A stretch of DNA of 53,014 nt from an uncultured bacterium (GTDB lineage Bacteria > Poribacteria > WGA-4E > DTYX01 > CAZRLY01), in the NCBI GenBank assembly GCA_964601015.1, contig CAZRLY010000004.1:1-53014 (forward strand), in the 5' to 3' direction. The notes under the pieces were generated by a model, which saw only the letters and a list, made by a program, of their open reading frames with translations, was not told where the DNA came from and ran no database searches. Made by a program: the position numbers and the translations under genes. Of this stretch, positions 45,832-53,014 are shown in pieces (position 1 is the stretch's first letter; each line of letters opens with the position of its first letter).

Positions 45832-47206
45832 AGCCATATCGTTCCGGTCCCCATGGTTTTTTGATAAGTTCCTGTTTCACCAGTACCATCGTCTTGCTTG
45901 GAACATCTTCGTACAGAATTACTCCCGGTCCAACTACGCTATACGAACCTATCTTACAGCCCGGCATGATGATTGCGTTCACACCCGTTCGGCAGTAATC
46001 GCCCATGTACGTTTCGTCTGCGCCGTAGGGGGGGATTTCTATGCGTCCTTTGATTTTATGTGGTGTATCCCTATCGTCAAAACGCAAAGTACCGCAGACG
46101 GTTGCCGCGCCGATGTCCGTCGCGCAGCCGAATACACCTGACATCTCGCAATAGTGGTACAAATATACTTTATCCATCATCACGCCTGACATCTCCGCTC
46201 CATGTCCTATGATGCATTCATTTCCGACGGACGTATGTCCAGACACATAGCAGTAGTCGCTAATTCTGCATTTGTCGCCTATGATGACATTATCGCCTAA
46301 AATAGCACCGTTGGTGATATTGTTATTCTTTCCCGCTACCAGATTGCCCTTGACTACTACTCTCGGTCCAATTTGCGAATTTTCCCCCAGCACGACTTTG
46401 CCGTTGATGTCAGCCGCATCGGAGATTTTCGCTGAGTCGGCGATTACGTCTTCATCCAACTGAGCGGTCAAATAGCTGACAAGTCGAGCATTGGCTTCGA
46501 GGATATGCCAGGGTTTGTCAACGTCAACGAAGAATTCCACCGTTGGGATGGCCAGCACTTCTCTGTTATCGTCCAGCATAATTTGAATTGACTGGGCAAT
46601 CTCAGCTTCGACAGGCGGCATACCTCCAACCGGCACTTTCGTAACCAACCCTGGATTGCGCAAAAGGTATGCCATTACAGATTCTCTGAAAGCGTAAATT
46701 CCGCAAAGCCTGTATGCGCCATCGCGTGGATGTCCTTCAATCCCGCTTATCTTATCCCCGGAAACCCCTGCACAAAGCCAGTCGCAGCCCTGTTCATGTT
46801 CCAACCGCTGTACCATCGCCGCCGCCTCTGCTCCGCTTTTTGCAAACTCGTCTATCAACAGTCTAAAATTCTCTACGCCCGTAACTACATCACCGTATAC
46901 GACTATGAAATCGCCTGAATCATCGTCAAATCGCCCAACTGTGTTCAAAACCGCCGGTGCCGTACCGTCCAAATCCTTCTGAGTGAGGAATTTAACCTCG
47001 GCAAAATCGCCAACCGCGCCGCGTATTTGCTGTTTATGGTGTCCGACAACGACGATTATCTGTTTTATCCCCACTTCAACCAGATTCTCCACAAGCCTCC
47101 TCACTATCGGCGTATTCGCCACCGGAATGGTACACTTCTGCCTGAATTCCCCATAAGGCCAAATTTTCGTCCCATTACCAGCCGCCAATATTACAGCTTT
47201 ATCCAT
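45827..47206 (-). CDS. Sugar-phosphate nucleotidyltransferase with C-terminal left-handed beta-helix (GlmU-like architecture)
   Basis: N-terminal AVILAAGNGTKIWPYG...K NTP-transferase motif. The C-terminal half carries hexapeptide-repeat runs (IGDKCRISDYCYVSGHTSVGNECIIGHGAEMSG). Confidence 0.75.
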   Translation of the reverse strand: MDKAVILAAGNGTKIWPYGEFRQKCTIPVANTPIVRRLVENLVEVGIKQIIVVVGHHKQQIRGAVGDFAEVKFLTQKDLDGTAPAVLNTVGRFDDDSGDFIVVYGDVVTGVENFRLLIDEFAKSGAEAAAMVQRLEHEQGCDWLCAGVSGDKISGIEGHPRDGAYRLCGIYAFRESVMAYLLRNPGLVTKVPVGGMPPVEAEIAQSIQIMLDDNREVLAIPTVEFFVDVDKPWHILEANARLVSYLTAQLDEDVIADSAKISDAADINGKVVLGENSQIGPRVVVKGNLVAGKNNNITNGAILGDNVIIGDKCRISDYCYVSGHTSVGNECIIGHGAEMSGVMMDKVYLYHYCEMSGVFGCATDIGAATVCGTLRFDDRDTPHKIKGRIEIPPYGADETYMGDYCRTGVNAIIMPGCKIGSYSVVGPGVILYEDVPSKTMVLVKQELIKKPWGPERYGW

Positions 47207-47239
47207 AAGGTATCCTTTCTGACAGGTTTTGTTTGTGTG

Positions 47240-48361
47240 CTAAATTTCTATGATTTCAACATTAGCTCTCGGCAACATCACGCGGTTCCCATCGTCAAAT
47301 TCTACCTCAAGAACCCTTACTTTCGCCTCGGTTTCCAGGGATTGAAGTTCAACTGGCAAATCAGTGACACGTCCCAATTTGCCGAAATGTGGTTCGCGGA
47401 TAATCCTGACGGATGTGCCAACCTCCAGATATGTGCTTTCGTCGGCAACATCGTTGACCAGAGTTGTCGCTTTGAGAGGGATGACAATTTCCGGACGTAC
47501 AACGCCAGCGCGGATTTGAGTAGCGCCATTGATGGACGTTTTCATCCCTTCCCTACTTTTTAACAACTCGAAAGTTTGGGCTGCCATGTCAATCTGTCCG
47601 AAACCTTCGGTGATAACCAGAGTAGCGCCAAGTTCTTCAGAGCCCGTTATAGCAACCCCCAACTCGTATCCGAGAAAATCACGCAAATCGCTGTCGTCTA
47701 TTCCGCCGACGATGATGCCCTTCACTCCTGAACCAATAGCCTTTTTAATAGCGTCGCTTGTTATTTTTGAGCCACCGACGATAATTTTATTCGCGAACTT
47801 CGCGTCAATTAAATGTGCATCTAAAACGTCACTGGCATTATCGCAGGCTATCATTAGTTCGCCTATCACCTCGCCGCCTATGCCAAAAATGCCCTGAATG
47901 AAAGTAGCGAAAGTTTCTACCATCACGCCTTCTTTGGGAAGTATCTGTGCTATGTTGCCATCCACATAAGCGTTGATGTCAACGGGGATGGGCACTTCAC
48001 GAACTGCAACCTGCCCCGTAATTTCAGAGATGCTCTCAATAGTACCATCCGCAGGCGCGCGGGATTGCGATTTGAAAAAGCCGAAAATTCCGTTGGTTTC
48101 AGCGATGACTTCATCCTTTTGTATTTGCTCGCCTTCGCCCTTCAGTATATACCTGTGAATATCCCCAGGCGGAATGCTCAAGCTGTTTGCGACGTTTACC
48201 AACTGAACGTTGCCGGGCAAATCAGCTTTCGCAACAATCGTCTCAGCTTTGACAACATCCCCCTGTTCCACCAAAGTTTCGCCAGCGAGAGGCAACCTCC
48301 GCTCTTTCCTTAAAATCATTCCCTCTGTAACTTTTAGTCCGGGTGTATATGCGTATGTCAT
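47240..48361 (-). CDS. Conserved hypothetical protein; the N-terminal barrel-sandwich (lipoyl-like) segment is an inference
   Basis: 373-codon ORF with globular composition. The segment GETLVEQGDVVKAETIVAKADLPG is lipoyl/hybrid-barrel-like. No catalytic motif recognised. Confidence 0.6.
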   Translation of the reverse strand: MTYAYTPGLKVTEGMILRKERRLPLAGETLVEQGDVVKAETIVAKADLPGNVQLVNVANSLSIPPGDIHRYILKGEGEQIQKDEVIAETNGIFGFFKSQSRAPADGTIESISEITGQVAVREVPIPVDINAYVDGNIAQILPKEGVMVETFATFIQGIFGIGGEVIGELMIACDNASDVLDAHLIDAKFANKIIVGGSKITSDAIKKAIGSGVKGIIVGGIDDSDLRDFLGYELGVAITGSEELGATLVITEGFGQIDMAAQTFELLKSREGMKTSINGATQIRAGVVRPEIVIPLKATTLVNDVADESTYLEVGTSVRIIREPHFGKLGRVTDLPVELQSLETEAKVRVLEVEFDDGNRVMLPRANVEIIEI

Positions 48362-48503
48362 ATTTGCAAGTAACCCACCTTTTTCTAAACAACTGTCGTT
48401 TGCGATTTTAAATTATATAATGAATAGTCGCCGATGTAAAGGAAAAATTATCTGTTCGGTTCAGAAACCAAGTTTTTGGGAAAAACTTGGTTTCTATGTA
48501 CTA

Positions 48504-48532
48504 TTGACAGGGAAAACACCTTGTGATATAAT
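48504..48532 (+). promoter_or_regulatory. Consensus sigma70-type promoter: TTGACA-N17-TATAAT with extended -10 TG
   Basis: TTGACA at 48504-09, TG at 48524-25, TATAAT at 48527-32. Lies ~56 nt upstream of the kinase start codon. Confidence 0.7.
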
Positions 48533-48587
48533 ACGAAAAGCAAACGAAAGGAAAGCCTCCGTCGTTGCCCTTCCGACGGAGGAAGAG

Positions 48588-49910
48588 ATGAAATATTCAA
48601 AATTTCGCATTCGTTTAATGTTTTTTTTCATGCTAACCGTGTTAGTACCCACGTTGTCACTATGGTTCACAGTTCGGTATTTAGCAAACTCGGAAACCTT
48701 CGGCATGGATGTGTCCGGCTCTAAAGCTGAAGTTGCTATCCAAGAGGCTATCAATTTTGGAAAAATAATGCAAGCTATCGCGTCTGATGAGGGCGTTCAG
48801 AACTACTTAGAACAAGCTGGTAAAACTGCACATTCCGACGCGTTAAGTCAACAGGATTCTTTAAACGCGAACATATCCGAACTTCAAAGTTTACTGCGTT
48901 CTTATACTATCAAATCCGATGTCAGGAAAGTTATTTGGTCAATAATGGCAGTTTTTACGCTCATGTTGGTAATCTTGGGTATCGCATCGTCAGTGCTTTT
49001 GTCACGCGGCATCTCCAACCCGATTATGAGATTGGTTGAAGGTACTACTGAGGTTGCTAAGGGGAATTTCCAACACTGCGTTAGCGTCAAAGCGAAGGAT
49101 GAAATTAAATTGTTAGTGGATTCTTTTAACAGCATGGTAAGCGAAATTTGGGAAAGCCGCGAGAAACTCAAACGCACTGAGCGGATTGCAGCATGGCGCG
49201 ATGTCGCTCGTAAGTTAGCGCACGAAATTAAAAATCCGCTCACCCCGATTCAGTTGTCCATGTATCGCCTCAGACGAAATCTGAACTCCTCGAAATACGC
49301 AGAGATTTTTGACGAGTGTTACAATATGATTGCTCAAGAAGTGGAGAGCCTGCGCAACATGGTGGAGGAATTTTCGCAGTTTGCGCGAATGCCCAAACCT
49401 AAGTTGGAGTCCTGCGACGTGAACGCACTGATTGATGAGGTTCTCAACGCATATCAGGGAATCCCCGAAAACATCATCGTACAAAGGGAACTCGAAAACA
49501 TCCCACCCATTTCAATTGACCCAAAACAGTTCAGGCAGGTTTTACACAACCTTATCCAAAACGCCGTAGACGCCATGAACTGCTGCTCCGCCCCTCCGAT
49601 GAAGCCCGACGACGACTTGCGTCTTACGGCACTTCGTTCTGAGCAAGAAAAAGGTGGAACGCTAAATTTGACAACACAACTAAAAGATGATAGCGTGATA
49701 ATTACCATCCAGGATACGGGGCATGGTATGTCGGAAGAGGTAAAGAATAATATGTTCAACCCCTATTTTACCACCAAGGAAAATGGAACGGGATTGGGAA
49801 TGTCCATCGTCCAAAAAATAATTGAGGAACACGGTGGGGCGATGTCGGTAGAAAGTAAGGAAGGAATTGGAACGAGTGTTTATTTATCAGTAGTAAAGAG
49901 TAATGAGTAA
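48588..49910 (+). CDS. Membrane sensor histidine kinase (2 TM + HAMP + HisKA + HATPase_c, NtrY-like)
   Basis: GGAGG SD before ATG 48588. TM segments: LMFFFMLTVLVPTLSLWF and IMAVFTLMLVILGIASSVLL. H-box LAHEIKNPLTPIQLS, N-box LHNLIQNAVDAM, G1 IQDTGHGM, G2 GTGLGMSIV. The ORF-track start at 48210 overlaps the convergent gene and was rejected. Confidence 0.85.
   Translation: MKYSKFRIRLMFFFMLTVLVPTLSLWFTVRYLANSETFGMDVSGSKAEVAIQEAINFGKIMQAIASDEGVQNYLEQAGKTAHSDALSQQDSLNANISELQSLLRSYTIKSDVRKVIWSIMAVFTLMLVILGIASSVLLSRGISNPIMRLVEGTTEVAKGNFQHCVSVKAKDEIKLLVDSFNSMVSEIWESREKLKRTERIAAWRDVARKLAHEIKNPLTPIQLSMYRLRRNLNSSKYAEIFDECYNMIAQEVESLRNMVEEFSQFARMPKPKLESCDVNALIDEVLNAYQGIPENIIVQRELENIPPISIDPKQFRQVLHNLIQNAVDAMNCCSAPPMKPDDDLRLTALRSEQEKGGTLNLTTQLKDDSVIITIQDTGHGMSEEVKNNMFNPYFTTKENGTGLGMSIVQKIIEEHGGAMSVESKEGIGTSVYLSVVKSNE
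49598..49630 (+). repeat. GAAGCCCGACGAC...CGTCTTACGGC repeat, copy 2, in frame inside the kinase ATPase domain
   Basis: Sequence GATGAAGCCCGACGACGACTTGCGTCTTACGGC, encoding MKPDDDLRLTA. Sits between the N-box and the G1-box. Confidence 0.8.
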
Positions 49911-49917
49911 AGAGTAA
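49894..49917 (+). repeat. Heptamer TAA ladder containing the kinase stop codon
   Basis: TAA occurs at 49894, 49901, 49908 (the in-frame stop) and 49915, a 7-nt period. The core is identical to 11214-11232. Confidence 0.85.
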
Positions 49918-49928
49918 TAATGCTTTAG

Positions 49929-51077
<1,149 letters not shown>

Positions 51078-51101
51078 GGAAAGGAAAGCGGCATTCCACC
51101 C

Positions 51102-51135
51102 AAAAAAAAAGCACCGATAATGAATTTATCGGTGC
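51102..51135 (-). terminator. Rho-independent terminator for the minus-strand tRNA pair; also a weaker plus-strand terminator after tgt
   Basis: A9 run (51102-10), then GCACCGATAA-TGAAT-TTATCGGTGC. On the minus strand this reads as a 10-bp hairpin followed by U9. Confidence 0.8.
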
Positions 51136-51139
51136 TGAT

Positions 51140-51214
51140 TGACCGTAACGGGATTTGAACCCGTGCTACAGGCTCGAAAGGCCTGTGTCCTAGGCCAGGC
51201 TAGACGATACGGCC
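51140..51214 (-). tRNA. tRNA-Glu (anticodon UUC)
   Basis: Reverse complement: GGCCGTATCGTCTAGCCTGGCCTAGGACACAGGCCTTTCGAGCCTGTAGCACGGGTTCAAATCCCGTTACGGTCA. Acceptor stem GGCCGTA/TACGGTC, anticodon loop CTTTCGA, T-loop GGTTCAAATCC. No CCA is encoded. Confidence 0.9.
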
Positions 51215-51224
51215 AAAACGTGAA

Positions 51225-51297
51225 TGAGCCGTACAGGAATCGAACCTGTGACCATCGGCTTAAAAGGCCGGTGCTCTACCGGCTGAGCTAACGGCTC
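51225..51297 (-). tRNA. tRNA-Lys (anticodon UUU)
   Basis: Reverse complement: GAGCCGTTAGCTCAGCCGGTAGAGCACCGGCCTTTTAAGCCGATGGTCACAGGTTCGATTCCTGTACGGCTCA. Acceptor stem GAGCCGT/ACGGCTC, anticodon loop CTTTTAA, T-loop GGTTCGATTCC. Confidence 0.9.
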
Positions 51298-51314
51298 ATT
51301 TTTATCAGGCTATA

Positions 51315-51343
51315 ATGATACCAAATCTTTTGAAAAATGTCAA
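51315..51343 (-). promoter_or_regulatory. Probable promoter of the tRNA-Lys/tRNA-Glu unit
   Basis: The minus strand reads TTGACA-N17-TATCAT preceded by TG (TGGTATCAT). The -10 ends ~17 nt upstream of the tRNA-Lys 5' end. Confidence 0.55.
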
Positions 51344-51537
51344 CAAAAAAATGCCATAAAATAGATTTTTTTGCGAGGAATAAAGTCATCGCACCCAACG
51401 GATATTCCCTGCTATCCTTCATCAACCCTTCTAATGTTTTTGTTTTTCTATCCAACTGGCGGCTTGCGGCAAGCCCCCCTTTCCCTTAAATGGATTTGAC
51501 CCCTAGCCAAAATCAATAACTAACAATAGCACTATCA

Positions 51538-51566
51538 TTGACAAAGGGGGGGATTGATGCTATAAT
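51538..51566 (+). promoter_or_regulatory. Consensus sigma70-type promoter: TTGACA-N17-TATAAT with extended -10 TG
   Basis: TTGACA at 51538-43, TG at 51558-59, TATAAT at 51561-66. The next plus-strand start codon is ~400 nt downstream. Confidence 0.65.
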
Positions 51567-51812
51567 TCTTTTCAGAGAGCAACATGTACTATTGTTTGAT
51601 AATTCGGATTAAAGTGGCAAAAGGGCAAGAAGGCAAGATATTGATAGTACACTCAAAATTGTAAAGAATGTGTGCGGAGTGCGCCATATTTTGCTTGATT
51701 TTTGGCGTTATTTTTGCTATCTTAATTCGTATTGGAAGCTTGACCTAAGTCGGGCTTCCAATCAGAAGGGGTAAGGGTGGCTTGTCGCAAGCCGCCAGGC
51801 GGCGGGCTTTAT

Positions 51813-51836
51813 CGCCGTAAGACGAAGTCGTCGGGC
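51813..51836 (-). repeat. GAAGCCCGACGACTTCGTCTTACGGC repeat, copy 3 (inverted)
   Basis: The plus strand reads GCCGTAAGACGAAGTCGTCGGGCC, whose reverse complement is GGCCCGACGACTTCGTCTTACGGC. Confidence 0.8.
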
Positions 51837-51971
51837 CTTTTCGGGGGGAAAGGTTTGTCCCTCCAAAATAGAGATGAAAGGTATGTCGAAGGCTGCGTTA
51901 TATCGTTTTAACTTGCAGGAAATCCGTGAGCAAAACCAGGATGAAACACCAAAAAGTAAAGGAGAAAGCCA

Positions 51972-52610
51972 GTGAGCGAAGCTAAAGAAAGAGACGAAAC
52001 ATCCCTTCCGGCAGAAACACCAAAAGTTGATATAGTTGAGGGCACCACTCAAAGTGGTATTGGCGGTGAGATAGAGGCCGGAAATATAGACAAAATCAGG
52101 AATATTCTTTTTGGCGCCCATATGCGGGATATTGAAAAAAAGTTTGCCCGTCTGGAAGGACGAATACTTAAAGAAATGACCGATTTGAGGCAGGAAGTGA
52201 GGAAACGTGCTGACTCGCTCGAAGAATATATTAACAAAGAAGTAGAATCGTTGGACGAGCGACTAAAGGCAGAGCAAGATGCTCGAGCTGAATCGGTCAA
52301 AGAACTCTCAGTGGAACTTAAAGATAACGCCAAATCATTTGAGAAGCAGACTGGCAGACTGGATGAGCAACTTAACAAAAGTGCGAGGGAGTTGCGTCAG
52401 CAAATTTTAGAGCAGTCTAAAAGTCTGTCCGATGAGATTCGGCAAAAATATGACGAAACCGTAGCACTTCTTGAACAGGTGACACAAGAACTTCGGACCG
52501 ACAAAGTTGACCGTACTGCCCTCTCAGAACTCTTTATGGAAATGGCTATGCGTTTACCCAATGACACAGCCATGGAATTAAACCTTGAAATGGATGGTAA
52601 AAATGAGTGA
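51972..52610 (+). CDS. Hypothetical coiled-coil protein
   Basis: AAGGAG SD 8 nt before GTG 51972. E/K/L-rich sequence with heptad character throughout. Confidence 0.6.
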   Translation: MSEAKERDETSLPAETPKVDIVEGTTQSGIGGEIEAGNIDKIRNILFGAHMRDIEKKFARLEGRILKEMTDLRQEVRKRADSLEEYINKEVESLDERLKAEQDARAESVKELSVELKDNAKSFEKQTGRLDEQLNKSARELRQQILEQSKSLSDEIRQKYDETVALLEQVTQELRTDKVDRTALSELFMEMAMRLPNDTAMELNLEMDGKNE

Positions 52611-53014
52611 ATCACCCCCTCATGACTCCACCGAAGAGGTGACAGAAGAAAATCCTTCTCAAGACGAGGAGGTCTTAACTGAACTTCGCAGCCTGCTCCT
52701 GGGAACAGCGCAGGTGCGGCTCAACGAATTGCAGGAGCGATTGGATGACCCAAAACTTCATGCCAATGATGTAAGCCGGGTTCTGCCTGAAGCCATTGTG
52801 CTCCGGTCATCTCGTGATAAACATCTCGCTGAAGCACTGGAACCCACTATCGAAGAAACCATCAAAACCTCCATCAAAAAAGACCGCAAGGTTTTTGTGG
52901 ATGTCCTTTACCCGGTTATGGGACCCGCAATCCGAAAATCCATTTCTTCTGTTATCCTCGGGATGGTCCAATCGTTCAATCAAATCCTTGAACACAGTTT
53001 CTCCATTCAGGCGC
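52603..53014 (+). CDS. Hypothetical protein, 5' partial (runs off the window end)
   Basis: ATG 52603 overlaps the upstream stop (ATGAGTGA). The frame stays open to the end of the window (MSESPPHDSTEEVTEENPSQDEEVLTELRSLLLG...). Confidence 0.5.
   Translation, partial: MSESPPHDSTEEVTEENPSQDEEVLTELRSLLLGTAQVRLNELQERLDDPKLHANDVSRVLPEAIVLRSSRDKHLAEALEPTIEETIKTSIKKDRKVFVDVLYPVMGPAIRKSISSVILGMVQSFNQILEHSFSIQA

Noticed and set aside
45771-47897. Plus-strand ORFs 45771-45998, 45791-46141, 47027-47563 and 47529-47897
   Set aside because: They are antisense shadows of the two well-supported minus-strand genes.
48210-48587. Upstream extension of the histidine kinase ORF from 48210
   Set aside because: It overlaps the 5' end of the convergent gene 47240-48361 and runs through the consensus promoter. 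The SD and the first TM segment fit ATG 48588.
51762-52121. Minus-strand 119-aa ORF
   Set aside because: It overlaps the repeat-containing leader and the 5' end of the better-supported plus-strand gene at 51972. Its composition is atypical.

Overview
This window looks like an accessory cell-surface and secretion island from an uncultured-type bacterium, roughly mid-40s %GC by eye, followed by housekeeping genes.

Positions 109-11154 carry a plus-strand operon-like block. It encodes a PilP/GspC-like protein, a 1274-aa PilQ-type secretin with AMIN-like modules, and a 953-aa Ig-repeat protein ending in a T9SS type-A-like C-terminal tag. These are followed by a PorV/PorQ-like beta-barrel, a GspF/PilC platform protein and an atypical GspE/PilB ATPase.

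Positions 11355-37868 are one uninterrupted 26.5-kb ORF of 8,837 aa. It encodes a giant repetitive Ig-fold surface protein with an N-terminal signal peptide and a T9SS type-B (CHU_C)-like C-terminus.

Downstream lie a c-di-GMP module (an HD-GYP protein and a receiver-GGDEF protein) and a second PorV-like barrel fused to TPR repeats. After these come mog, small hypothetical proteins, an aldo/keto reductase, a nucleotidyltransferase-LbH protein, a HAMP histidine kinase, tgt, tRNA-Glu(UUC), tRNA-Lys(UUU) and coiled-coil proteins.

Two things stand out:
- The locus pairs T2SS/T4P-type machinery with T9SS-style cargo tags and PorV-like barrels around a giant adhesin.
- Short palindromic and simple-repeat elements are very dense, and many sit in frame inside coding sequence.

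The clearest repeat family is a 40-nt hairpin element with 9 full copies and 1 half copy. All copies lie inside the giant gene, in both orientations and two reading frames, and their stems change in a compensatory way. Other repeat families interrupt the GspE ATPase and the histidine kinase, supply stop codons as heptamer 'stop ladders', or form long G-arm/C-arm hairpins in intergenic regions.

All functional calls rest on motif recognition by eye. No database search was possible.
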